A stretch of DNA of 64,000 bases from Schmidtea nova (taxonomy: Eukaryota), in NCBI GenBank assembly GCA_044892505.1, contig CM097883.1, positions 393,886,001 to 393,950,000 on the forward strand, written 5' to 3'. Of this stretch, positions 51,541 to 64,000 are shown in pieces (position 1 is the stretch's first letter; each line of letters opens with the position of its first letter). Made by a program: the position numbers and the translations under genes. The notes beneath the pieces are model-generated. The model was not told the origin of the DNA, did not search any database, and saw only the letters and a program-made list of their open reading frames with translations.

Positions 51541-53614
51541 TCGATAGATGGATATTAAATAAATTGTTTAATATTTAATAATTTATTTAATATGTTTTCT
51601 TAATAATTATCAAATCTGGTAATTGATTTCAATAATTTAATTTTAAAAAATTTGATTAAAAACTCATTTTTAAAACTTTTTTAGGAAAATAATAATTACG
51701 ATTTTTTATGGCTCGTGGATTTGTAATTATTTTTTTTTCTTACTCTTTGTCTACGACATAATAAATGGCCATTTTCAGTAAAACAGCAATGAATTAGGTA
51801 CAGGTAGGTGTGTATTTTTCTATAATATAAGCTATATAATTATTATAGGTCGCCATATCCAGTGAAACACGGTGTATGTCGTAGACAAAGAGTAAGAAAA
51901 AAAAAAATTACACACAAACACAAAACATAGAAAAAAACAAATGGTAAATATCATGGGTGTGTTTTGTTTTATTCAATATGGCTACCATATATAATTTTTA
52001 TCAGCAGAAAAATTGAAAATTAAAATGTATAATAAAATTTCAATAATTGGATCTGATGAATCTACATTGAGTTTCCACGAAAATGATGAAATATCATCGT
52101 AAGTGTTATAATTTGAGTATTGAAAATTTTATATTTTCCCAGTTTTTAAGACAATTCACTGGAAACAATACCATTTCGTGAAAAAGATGAAATATCATCG
52201 TAAGTAATGTAAATTGTCATAAAATTTTTATACTTTCCCAGAATTTCAGAAAATTCACTGGAAACAATGACATTTCGCGAAGATGAAATAGGAAAATGGT
52301 ATCACTTTTTTATTTATTGAAATATTTATTATGGTCTTAGCCTTTCAGATATTCCAGGTACACCGTACAACTGCATTTCATTCGATATCCGAAAAAATGT
52401 TCGCAAATCGTAAGATGAAATAATAAATATTTAAAAAGTTATTTGATTTTAATAGGATTTCAGATATCGACAAAGCCAGAATCATAAACGCAAAGGAAAA
52501 TAAACAAGATTACTTCCATTTGAATTACTTCCATAAAGATGAATATAAAGATTTGGAAAACTTTTTCTTACATGTTCGCCGATTTTTTTCTAAATGTTTT
52601 CGAAAAATTGAAATATTTGGAGATTAATGTATTTATCAAATAAATATTAGTTAGAATTGAATTTTTACTTACCTTTGATGTTAATAATTCCATAATATCA
52701 TAAACATTTTCTACTAATTATTTAAAAATTAAATAAAAATAAAATTGATGAATAAAGATAACCTTTTAAAGCTTTTATAGTGATCTCATATCATTATGAG
52801 AAGAAAATAAAAGACTTAAAAGTTATCCTAATTACAAAAATTACCTGAAAGCCATTTTAAAATGGCTAATTCCAACAAATTTTGAATTAATGACTAATAA
52901 TAACCCGTGATGTATCTCACTCACCTGCATTATAAGTCGCCATATCCAGTGAAACACGGTGTATAGATACATTAATTGTTGCATGCCTGCCCTTTGCTGT
53001 GTAATTAAATTTTATATTAGAAGTTGTATTCAGCGTTATACGATGTACTTTGAGAAGCTTGGTAGCTCTAATTTCACAAATAAAATTAAATCATGATTTA
53101 CTTTTATTTGAAATTTATTAAACACAAATATAAACGCAATTAGGAAACCATGTAAAAGGACTCCCGAAACGCATTCTTAACGGAACATAAAAGACACACT
53201 GTACCGGATATAAAACGGAAGTTACAAGTTATTTTGGCTTGTTTTAGATGCATTTTACTAAAATCGGTTAAATTACGACAAACCAATTTTATTAAAATTA
53301 AGTTGTCTGCAATCTAACTTTTAAATAATAATTACATCTATGTAAAAATTAACCAAATTAAAAATAAAATAGGGATCAAGCGTGAAAAGCTGGAATTTTA
53401 TTTATTACAATATAAGATAATTCATTTAAAGTACAAAATTTTAAAATTGATTAAATAATTCAGACAAAATATTTAAATAACTAGGTCAATTTTCGACATT
53501 AATTGGCACGCAGACTAAATTAATTTTTTAATTAAAAATAATTCATTTTATCATACATTTTAATTTATGTCTGATCAACAATTCGAAATAAATTTAATTG
53601 AGCAAAACTTTTAT

Positions 53615-54783
53615 TTAAAATTTATCAAATTTAGTAAATGTTCCTTCAGCATGGACCGGTTCCATGTTAGCAACATTAGTTTTCGCTTTTGAAATGAAGC
53701 GTTTACTTTCAATCACTTCAATCTGGCTCAATATAAAATGCTCAGAGACATAAGTTCCTTTAAATTCTCTTTTCCATTTGTCTATTAAAAATTTCAACTA
53801 ATAACGATGTGAAATCATCTGATCACCTTTTAATGCACCCAAAGGTCCATTTTCTCCATTATATTCAAAAGGCAATAACCGCATCAACCCTGGAATTTTA
53901 GAAGCTAATTTCTCGATATCGTTTTTTAGCCGAATTGTCTACAATAATATATAATATTATTAGTTAAAATAAAATTGGTTTAACTCTTTTTTTCATCTTA
54001 GGTTTCATAAGCAGTTCCGAAATCGAACAATGTATGTCAAAAATAATAGGTTCTCTGAAGAATATCAAATTTTTAAGTCTCATAGGATAAGTTTCCTAGG
54101 AAAATTTTTACTTTTCACAATTAAGTTATGATATGTTACCTCCCATATTTTTTTCCAATTTTTAAATAACTCACATTGATTCCATACTTGGTTTACCTTT
54201 GTATTGGCTCGATCCAAATCCATAATTACCGATATTCCATGAGTTTGAGTAATGGTTTTTGCAGCAATTAAATCAATACCCATAAACAGAACTCTCATTA
54301 GATCAATTAATTTAATACTATTTGGATCCCACAATCCAAACTGTATCAATATAACTAATTGACCGTCATCACTGCATCCCAAAGGAACTAACAAACTATT
54401 GAAATTATAAAAATATTCACTTTGAATTTTTAAATACTTTAGATCCAAAACTTTATCTATCATCTCATTGCTTAGAGATGACCAATCAAAAAATTTGCTG
54501 CATTCAACATGAGAACGACGCAATGTGCAAAAATTATCAAGCCTCTTTTGAGCAACCGAATGATCATATTTAGCGCTTCGCAGAAATCTTAACAAAAATT
54601 CTTTATCTAGAGAATATGCTCAGATTTACATCAATTTTAATAATATATCAAACTTTGAGGAACTTTTAAATGCAATGTACTACTACACCATTTACCAAAG
54701 CTTTCGACGTGAGCATCGATATTTTCAAACTGCTCATTGAGTTCAATTTGCCAGTTACTTTCACTTTTAGATATTATTGACAT
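53615..54783 (-). CDS. Host CRAL-TRIO domain lipid-binding protein (alpha-TTP/clavesin/RLBP1-like), multi-exon
   Basis: FLLRFLRSAKYD, G..VILIQFGLWDP, HGISVIMDL, YPMRLK.L.F..EP, LLPFEYNG. Short GT-AG introns of ~42-50 nt (e.g. 54607-54653) give an apparently open frame. Confidence 0.85.
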
Positions 54784-56949
54784 TATAAAATTTAATTACT
54801 TTTTCTTTAGAAGTTGATCATATTTTATATGTAAATAAAACAACACACAAAATTCGCATCTATTATTAAATATTCGACAAGCTGATTTCTGCACAAAAGA
54901 CGATTAGTAACAATTTACAAGCTCTTTAGCATGACTGTGATATGTATATATGATTATCATATCACAACCGCCAAAGGCTCTATTATGTTGCTTTAAAAAC
55001 ACAATTGAATATTTCGTACGATCACTCTACTTTCAAACCACCAATGCTGACTGTGATTAAATTTAACTTTTATTCACAATCACTTTGGAGGTTTTTAAAT
55101 TAGATAATTACCAGCATTGAAGGTGACTACCTTATTTAGGACATCAAATTTGGCTGTGATACCAGCCGAATAATATGTTACCAGTCTCTATCGACAGTCA
55201 AATAATGATGTCCATAACAGGCATAATGTCACTAACTTTTGAACAGATGATTTATTCAATGATTTTCGAAAAACACATTAGAAGGACATTTTTTAAATTA
55301 ACAATATCTGTCCCACTACCTGTGTCTTTCAAAGAGTACTGAATCACCAAAAACACAACAAATGCTAATCTACAAGATAAAATTGCATATATATACAAAC
55401 AAATTCAAACTCTTACTCAGCGAAATTTCGTTAAAGAATTATTTCTTTGTTAGTCATTTAAAAATGAAGACTGACTAATACAATGATAAAGTAGACAATT
55501 CACTAACTATGAATCATAATTTTCCTACCTTCCCCATTTTATTTCAATTGCATGCGCATGCACGCACAAATGTATTTCTCAAATGTATCCAATGTACATT
55601 TGAAAATGTGACACACAAGCACACAGAAAGAAAATTGAAAAACGTCTGCACGTCTAGATTTCGGTGTTTTTCATTAGCTTAAAAAAAAAGCTTTATGCAG
55701 TAGTCAGACAGATTTTGTATTGAAGGTGATGATGCTGTGTATTATATTTTATATTTGGCTATCCGTATTTTATGTTTAACATGTGACTGATTATGTAGGT
55801 CAGTTGACAAAGGCGAAGGAATTTGAATTTTTAAATTCGTTAGTTCTGTTCGATAATATCAAATTTTGAAACTTAAATGATCTCAATTATTTATGCAACA
55901 TAAATTATTATTATGTATTTAAAATAATTACATTTATCTTCTTTGTTTATCGGAATTAATAAATGTTATGATTTCAATTAAGTTAATAAAAAATAAAATA
56001 ATTTTTATTGAAATTAATCACCTCCAGTCTAGCCCGGAAATATCTTAGAATTTTGTTTACTGACTATTAATTAATGAATATTATTATTAGATTTGTGTTT
56101 TTTAATTTTTTAATGAATTCCAATTATGTAATTCACATCAATTTCCATTTACTGAGTATTTTTTTCATTTAAATAACTTTGATTAATAATAATTATGTTG
56201 AAAGTGCACATTTTTGTTGATAAAGTCAATCAGAATTTCAATAATTTTTGCTTTTCATCTATAAATAGATTTCTAAATTTCTATTTACTGTCAAATTGTG
56301 AGTAAAATAAAGAAAAGAAACAGTTTTAATAGTTTGAAATTGTGATTAAGAGGGAAGTTTTCATTGAAAAGTTTCATTTCAATCATTTGATAAGACATAA
56401 TTATTATAATTAAAATATATTTGTATTTATACTTCTATCATTATTCTATAAATAACATTGGCGGATTGGTTCCAATTATGGATAATGCGATTTCATGTCG
56501 TTTTGGTCAAACGTATTTGTAAAAGTGAATAATGACATATAAGGAACAATAATAAAACAATTATTCGGCAACCTATTATTTATCACATTTACCGTGCTTT
56601 CATGCATGCTTTCATGCTAGTTACTAGAACATCGTTTGTTTTATTCCGAGGCCTGCCTAAACTAGGAATCACAAGCAATTTGCAAGTTTGAGTCTATATT
56701 TGTAAACTTTATGTAAAAATCGACCGAGCTTTGAAAATTGAAACTAGATAAATTTCAACCCAGAATAGTACTATTTCCTCAGCTATTTCGTTTAAAGTAA
56801 AAATTTTGTATGTTTTACAGGTTATAACTTTTTCGCCATTCAAATTTTGTTTTAATTTAATGGACAATTATTGTTTTATTTGATAATTTTTATTTTTATA
56901 AAAATAAAACATTGTCTAATGATATGTATGTTAAATTAAAGTAAATAAA

Positions 56950-57697
56950 TTAATCCATTAAAGCGTCTTTAGCTCGTCTTAAAATATTGACTTTAATTCC
57001 GGATGCCCATAAAGAAGTTAACTCATTTTGAATTGTTTTTCCGCAATAAGTTACATGAGATTCTTTAGCAGAAATACGTCGTAAATGCTCGTTTAAAGTT
57101 GCATCGTATTTTCTCAACAGTTCCACTAAGCCCAAAACATTTACATTTTGAGGAGTCAATAATCTGTCTGAAGAACTACGAAAATATAATTTATTTTTCG
57201 ATAGGTACAAAATTATGTTGCACATGCGATCTAACACAAGTCGCCAGTGATCTCTTTCTCTAATAATTAAAGATTGCAAATTTTTATCAATAGTTTTATT
57301 AGTTTTAAGCCTACGACTAGCTTCAAACCAATTACCAAAACACTGTAAATGTTCGGGTGAATTTTCATGTGATTTCAAATATTCAGTAATGTGTTTCCAG
57401 TTATTGATTCCAACAGTGGCCAATGATGATTTAGATTTATCTGAATGATAAAGCTTACAACAAACACAAAACACTTTATCACAAATAAGATTCACCGTTA
57501 TTTAATTTTCTGTACAATAATGATTTCGAAAAACAACGATTGTTATGATCTCGTGGAAATTCAATAACATTTGTTAGGTGCGATTCTACATCAATTCCTA
57601 AATAAATTATGTGATCACGAATTTTATAATTAAGGAGAACTGGCCATAGTGCAGGATCATTTATATCTATTTTAACGTGACCAATAGTGGTAGAACT
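56950..57697 (-). pseudogene. hAT (ZMYM1-like) transposase N-terminal fragment
   Basis: KVFCVCCKL, GINNWK, H..HE.S.EH..C, LGLVELL.KYD.TL.EHL, GKTIQNEL. Confidence 0.8.
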
Positions 57698-57891
57698 CAG
57701 TAGCGTAAATATGGGCCCGCAACTGCGGGGGGGCGCAGGTAAAAGGGGGCCCATTTTCAAACCTGAAAAAATGAACTATTTTAATTAATAAATGCACAGC
57801 AGAAAGCCGGAAACCGAAACTACTTGTAAACTCATTAGCCTTGTAAAATCAATAAATCATGCAGGCAGGCAGATGATGTGGAATATTACTA

Positions 57892-58164
57892 TTGATGCAT
57901 TACACCTCTATTTCATCTTCATATCTGGACGTGGTAACTGCTTTGATTATGTTTTTGACATTGCCAGTCACAGTGGCTACAGCAGAAAGGTCATTTTTGA
58001 AACTTAAGTTCATCAAAAATTATCTCCGCAATTCGATGGGTCAAGAACGCCTTAGTGGCTTAGTCTTGTTGAGCATTGAAGACTCGCGGGCAAAAGTTAT
58101 GGATGTTGACCAGCTCATTGACCGATTTGCAGAGATAAAGAGTCGTCGCAAGGACTTGTCTTAG
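57892..58164 (+). pseudogene. hAT C-terminal dimerisation domain fragment
   Basis: LTLPVTVATAERSF.KLK.IKNYLR.SMGQERLSGL.LLSIE. A hAT-like GC-rich end starts at 57698. Confidence 0.85.
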
Positions 58165-58375
58165 AATACTTATCTGTACTGTACTAAATACAAAACTGTT
58201 CTTGATTTATGATTTCGTAACATTGAATAAAACAATATTCAGTAACATCTCATTTATAACATTTAATCAATTTTAATGCAAATCGAAAACAATTTTTAGT
58301 TGTGGCATAAGATTACAAATTAATAATAAAATAAAATATCATAAATTAAAATCATTAAAATGTATGCCTCAAAAG

Positions 58376-60754
58376 TAGGGTTGATCTTTTACCGATTATT
58401 TACCGATTTATCGGTAAATTATTTTTACCGTTTTATCGGTAAATTATAATATTAATTTCGAAATTAATTTTTTTTTTATTAATTTCCAAGTGTGCGTCAT
58501 TAACAAATTATTAATTGTTAATTACATTTTTTATTAGATTGTTTTAATTACAAACAAAAATGTTTTGCTACAAATTGTTATGTTTTTTTTAATTAATTGT
58601 TAATAAATGACATAATTTTTTTTCAATAATTAGTTTTGTCTCAGCACTCATTAGAAGAAGATATATTTGTGATTATATTAAAAACGAAAATAGTAATTGA
58701 ACATTTATTTTAAATTTGAGAGCTCTTAGCAAAATGTCAGAGGCTTGGAAATATTTCAGAAAAGACACAAGTGATGGCGTCAGTGTTTGCAATATTTGTG
58801 GTTCAAAAATTCAGTACACAAGCTCTACGACTGGAATGTGGTATCACCTTCGAAAAAAACACGGGAAATCAATTGAAAAACAAGCTAAAGAAACAACAAA
58901 AATCTCTGCAGCTTCAGGAATCAAATCTGCACAAAAAATCTCATCTTTTTTCAAGAAAGAATCAATTGGAGAGGTTATTTCCAAACTGACAGCATTGGAT
59001 GGATTTAGTTTCAATGGATTAGTTAATAGTTCATTTGTTCGAGCAGCCATGCTAGAAAAAGGGTTGGAATTTCCAAAAAACCACAGACAAGCAATTCAAT
59101 TAGTAAAAACTTTTGCCAGTTGCATGAAGAATGAAATGAAAACTAAATTTCTTTCAATGATATCAAGTGGTCAACGGTTTTCAATTACTTTGGATGAATA
59201 CACTTCCTTAAAAAATCGAAGGTTCATCAATGTCAATGTTCATCAAAAGAATAAGCACTGGAATCTTGGACTGAAAAGAATTTCTGGGTCTCTTCCTGCC
59301 GAGAAAGCAGTTGAAATTGTAACAGAAAAACTTGAAGAATTTGGGATGAACATTGTTGATCAAATTGTTTGCTCTGTCACTGATGGGGCTTCTGTGATGG
59401 TAAAGTTTGGAAAATTGATTCCTACTGGACATCAAACATGCTATTCACATGCCATTCATTTGGCCGTTCAGGAAGTATTGTATGAGAAACCTGCCAAAAA
59501 AGCACAAACCCAAAGCAACAGCTTGGAAGAGGAAGAGGAAGATATTGCGGAAGAAAATAATATAAGTGATGAAGATGAAAATAGTGATGACTCTGATGAT
59601 GAGGATAGCACTGGTCTTCTTGACAACTGCATGAATGAAAGCATTTCCATTCCAAAAGTTAAAATGAACTTTCAGTCTATCATCACCAAAATTAGAAAAA
59701 TTGTCAAGCTATTTCGAAAGTCACCAGTAAAAATGATGTACTTCAAGAAGAAGTAAAGAAACAACATGGAAAAGAAGTTTCACTTATCAATGATTGCAGA
59801 ACAAGGTGGAACAGTTTATTATCAATGATTCAACAGTTTCTAAAAATTAAAGATTCCATAACAAAAGTATTAACGGATATTTCACCACTTTTAATTTGCA
59901 GTGAAGATGAATTTGATATTTTAGCAGACATTGTTGCAGCTCTTGAACCAGTTAAATTGGCTGCTGAGGCACTTTGCAGACAAGATGCAACTCTCTTAAC
60001 GGCCGAAGGGATCTTTAAGTTTCTTGTGAACAATTTAAAGCATAAGAAATCAAACCTTTGTATTTTGATGAAAGATGCTATTTTGAGACGATTTGCTGAA
60101 AGAAGACAAACTAATTTGGTTAGTTTATACAAATACCTCTCAAATCCAGAATGTCTTTACCAGGTTGAAGACCATGACGTTTTCAATATGCCATCAAAAA
60201 CTATACTTCAAAAGACTGCTAAAAACATGCTATCCAGATTGTTCCCAACCTTAGAAATTGAAAATGATAATCACGTGAACTGTAGCACAGATAATGAGAC
60301 TAAAAAAGAGGAACAGCTACTATCACTTCAAGATGAGCTAGAAGAGGCTATCAAACATTCTGCAAAAAAACAAAGACATAACTCACATGATGAGTTCAAG
60401 GCAATTTCAAAAGAAATGCAAGTCTTTGAAGCAACTGGAAAGAGGACACCAAATCTTGAACTTTTGTTCAATGCTCTTGAAACTATTCCTCCAACAAGTG
60501 TAGAGTCAGAACGTGCATTTTCTGCAGCTGGACTATTTGTAACAAAAATAAGATCACGAATGAGTGATGACCTTCTTGATACGTTGTATTTTCTTAAAGC
60601 ATATTTTTTAATGAAAAATAAATCTTGAAATTGCTCTTATTTCTATTTGAATGCTTTATAAATTTTTTTACCGATTTTACCGATTATATCGGTAAATTGT
60701 TGGATTTTTATCGTTTTATCGGTAAATTTAAAACTCGGTAAAAGATCAACCCTA
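58376..60754 (+). mobile_element. Near-intact hAT (BED-finger) transposon
   Basis: TIR TAGGGTTGATCTTTT and subterminal TACCGA repeats. Transposase 58716-60628 has BED finger, DEYT, TDGA, CYSH, TRWNS and ESERAFS, with one frameshift near 59735. The flanks are not duplicated. Confidence 0.92.
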
Positions 60755-61775
60755 ATCGAGACTTATACCGCAATTCAAGTTATTATCTAAATATCCTAAA
60801 TTTCGGACAAGACTTTGCATGTATGTGGCACTAAAATTATCATTTTCAAAATCTTGAGTATATGTTTCTCGATAATCGGTATTTTTCGACAATGATAATG
60901 TAGTTACATTGAAATGTTTGAATGTAGATGAAGTTTCAGCATAAGACCCATTATATTGATTTTCAGTTTGAAAAGCTATAAGAATGAAATTTGGCATTCT
61001 TCTATCACCAAATATTTGCTCCTTGTAAAATGATGATGCCCCTTTACCGATAGCAAACGATACAATTTCTTTGGATTTTATTGGATAAATTGCATGTTTG
61101 TTATTTAAACCAATTTGATGACCAGCTAATACTGAAGATTCACATCGAACTCTTCGAACCATTAATTTAGCGTCTACTAATTGGAGTATTGGTTTCCCAG
61201 TTTCCGATTTCAATGATAATGCAGAATCAGATCTCTTCAATCTAATATAATATATTAACTCCGGGTAGTAAGTATTTAGGTTGATTCATAAAATCAAGTT
61301 GTAATGGTGAACACATGTTGAAAAGTTTCGATCCCTTGATCCACCTTTTTCTATCATCAGTTGGATCATATCCCATTGGAGTAAGACAAGTTTCTTTCGC
61401 ATCACTAGTATAATTTAAAATAGTTTCGATTATTGCCTTGTGTGCGTATGTATTGTTTCCATCCTCAATTTTTATATTATTAAATCCAAGAATTGCATCT
61501 TTGAAAAGTGTATGAAACAGGTAATTATCAGGTACTACATCACTCGCATCAACTAAGTGTTTTTTATCTTTATCTACAACCTTGACCGTAACGGATAATA
61601 AAGTATCGTTCAAATCCAAATATTCGGTTTGTGAACCGTTAATGTAAAATTCAACATCATTTCTACTATCTGTAATAGAATTCATTGGAAACACATCTTC
61701 AAACACCCCATATTCAATAACTGCTTGAGGGCTTGGTCGATCAAAAAGACATAATTCAGATTTACCGCAAATCAT
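60755..61775 (-). pseudogene. Polinton major capsid protein (hexon, double jelly-roll); frameshifted near 61242 and truncated by the hAT
   Basis: CGKSELCLF...Q..IE.G, EYLDLNDTLL, YAHKAIIETILNY, DFMNQPKYL.PGV, AKLMVRRV, AIYPI, YNGS...FKHF. Confidence 0.8.
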
Positions 61776-62143
61776 TCTTTAAATATAGTTCCAAGACCCT
61801 TCATTCGTTTGTTTATACGCTTTCTACCTCGCTTACGTCTTGGTCCTACTGGTTCAGGTTCCGGTTCATTTGTAATTGAAGGAAGCATTTGTGTTACAGC
61901 AGGTATAGCTTTATTAACTGCGGCCAAAGCATTTGTTTTCAATGATGGTAATATTTTATTATCTTTCATGATAACGTCCTTGGCAGTTTTCATTCCGAAA
62001 TTACCTATTCGCCTAAGTATTGGAAATGCAAATCTCCCAGTAGTTTTCAACTAACCTGATCCATATTGTTTACCTACAAAATACGGTAATTCACCACCAG
62101 TTTGGCTATTACTGTACAAAGAAACTATATCGGGATTACTCAT
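61772..62143 (-). pseudogene. Small basic Polinton core-like protein (PW-like)
   Basis: MSNPDIVSLY...QTGG...QYGSG*...RRKRGRKR..KGLG: Gly-Gly/GxG protease-site-like motifs and an Arg-rich tail. One internal stop. Confidence 0.6.
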
Positions 62144-63149
62144 CGTTTTTTCGAAAATGTAGAGTTAAATGAGTTTTTGAATCTTTTGGAAAGTTTATTA
62201 ATCTTCCACTATCATCCCTGATATTTATTTCTATATTGTTTATACATGAATTCGAAAGCGATAAATACATTGCATTTTCTACTTGTATTTGTACTACCTC
62301 ATCTTGCTCATATTTATCGATCCATACCGATTTTAGTAATGGAACTAAAGAATCTCCAACAATTATGGGTTCGATAATGTTACTATATATGAATAATTGC
62401 TGATGAAGTTTAGTTAATTTCGGTGGTCGAATACCAGAAACGATATTTTTCTCTCTAAATATATGCTTATCTAATCCCAATGTTTTGACCAAGTATTTAT
62501 CAAATACCACTTCATTAATGTTTTCTTTGAGACTGAATTTGAACAATTTATTTAATTCAACAACTTTAAAAATATGCGAACAATTATCAGAAACATATCT
62601 CTGTAATTCATCGATTTGAGTTATATACAACTCATCCTTGAATGTGAATGTATTTTCGTTTTCCGTATTATACGATATATTTAAAGTTATTTGTTCTAAA
62701 TCTGTAGAACCATTTTTTGACATAACCCATATTTCACATTCTTCTGAATTACATGTCTTTGTCAGTTGATTACTTCCCATTCGTTTTGCTTCATCAAGAT
62801 TTTTAAATGTAATTGTATAAGGAGTAATATTACATGTGATAATTATTTCACTTCGATGATACATTTCGATATCTGGATCAAAAGTTTGATATGGAACATT
62901 TAACTTGCCATTAGCATTATTGATAGTGAAAAATACATTAGATGTATTCGCTTTAACTTGTTTGTAATAAATTTTAGATTGACTATAAAATGGAAAAGGT
63001 TGGTAAACAAATGTAAAATCCAATAGACCAACTTCCCAATTTCCATGTAAATAAATTCTATTTGGTAAATTCACCATGAATTTACTAGCGGTATTTTCCG
63101 GATGTATATTCGGACAACTATTGCTCGGTAAAATAGTGTAAAAATTCAT
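62136..63149 (-). CDS. Polinton minor capsid protein (penton)
   Basis: FYTILPSNS...NTASKF.V.LP..I.L.GNWEVGL, and LFIYSNIIEP..VGD..VPLL...IEINIRDDSG...LHFRK. Confidence 0.8.
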   Translation of the reverse strand: MNFYTILPSNSCPNIHPENTASKFMVNLPNRIYLHGNWEVGLLDFTFVYQPFPFYSQSKIYYKQVKANTSNVFFTINNANGKLNVPYQTFDPDIEMYHRSEIIITCNITPYTITFKNLDEAKRMGSNQLTKTCNSEECEIWVMSKNGSTDLEQITLNISYNTENENTFTFKDELYITQIDELQRYVSDNCSHIFKVVELNKLFKFSLKENINEVVFDKYLVKTLGLDKHIFREKNIVSGIRPPKLTKLHQQLFIYSNIIEPIIVGDSLVPLLKSVWIDKYEQDEVVQIQVENAMYLSLSNSCINNIEINIRDDSGRLINFPKDSKTHLTLHFRKNDE

Positions 63150-63950
63150 TATTCGAGGTTATTTGATGATATCCATAATGGTTCTTTATATCCATGCCAT
63201 TTGACATAGTATTGTTTATCCTTACCCACCATTTTAGTTTTCAGTATTTTTTGAATTCTAAATATTTTGGGTGGAGGTATAACTTGTAATTCTTGTTCAT
63301 AGAATTTACCACTGACTATATTGTTATCAGAATCAGAAATAGTATACATGACAGGATTCTGGACTGTGTTGACTTTCGATATTTTAAATACCTCATTGCT
63401 CCAATTACTATCAAAATTTTTGATGAATGGCGATGCACTAATTTTACTAATTCGAACATGATCACCAATTTTATATTTTGGTTTCTTTATTTTTGTATCA
63501 CTCAAAATATTTTCAGTATCAACTACTTCAGCAGGTTTCTTTCCATTTATACCTCGATGAGCAGAATGATTGTAACTGTGAATCATTTGTGGTAAAACAT
63601 TAATCCATGTTTTATTCCCTTGGTGCACAAAATACTTTTTGAGACGATCCCTCAAGGTACGAATAAATCTTTCAACATGGGCTGCTTTGAATTGAGAGAA
63701 TACCGAGTAATGATTGATTCCTTTTATAATTTCCTTGACTTTACTGTTGTAAAATTCTTTTCCTAAAATATATTAAATATATTAAATTCTATTTAAATTT
63801 ACCTAAATCGGTTTGTAAATTTAGTTGGCCGATCCTTTTTCATCATTGTCTTGATAGCGATTGCCATGTCATTAACAGATTTAGATTTGACTCCAATTGC
63901 TTGAGCAAATCTACTGTAAACATCAATACATGTTAAAATATACTTGTTAA
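63149..63950 (-). pseudogene. Polinton retroviral-like integrase with C-terminal chromodomain and a spliceosomal intron
   Basis: YILTCIDVYSRF, QTDLG|KEFYN (40-nt GT-AG intron at 63763-63802), VERFIRTL, YKIGDHVRI, YYVKW.GY. A 1-nt insertion lies near 63820. Confidence 0.85.
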
Positions 63951-64000
63951 AATATAATTATAAAAGATTAATATAAATTGACTCTAAAAAGTTTTAATTA

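Larger units (their letters stand above)
60755..64000 (-). mobile_element. Polinton/Maverick (adintovirus-like) fragment, continuing past the window end
   Basis: Integrase, penton, basic core protein and hexon are packed together on one strand. Confidence 0.88.

Overview
This is a very AT-rich eukaryotic scaffold with N gaps, made up almost entirely of nested mobile DNA. The 40-50 nt introns, (AAT)n tracts and element types suggest a planarian-like flatworm, but that host assignment is inference. It contains: a piggyBac remnant; four TIR-bounded hAT elements plus hAT fragments; Tc1, mariner and pogo remnants; several MITEs; the capsid/integrase block of a Polinton/Maverick (adintovirus-like) element; and one intact-looking host gene (CRAL-TRIO). 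The main finding is a family of Ty3/Gypsy-type LTR elements with unusual cargo. One element (33880-49637, minus strand) has matching CATT target-site duplications, a tRNA-Trp primer-binding site and a polypurine tract. In it, Gag, a chuvirus-like class III glycoprotein and the aspartic protease lie in one reading frame, in the order Gag-G-PR. They are followed by a type I membrane protein and a REX4/ISG20-like DEDDh exonuclease. I found no RT, RNase H or integrase in the sequenced part. A second exonuclease copy lies at 28.3-29.5 kb and shares a frame shift at the same position. Two ~3.1-3.3 kb TG...CA elements (5138-8229 and 33897-37242), and a distant third locus at 29.8-30.9 kb, carry a conserved pair of unrecognised genes: a Trp-rich protein and a coiled-coil/Arg-rich protein. 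All homology calls come from motif recognition by eye, not from database searches.
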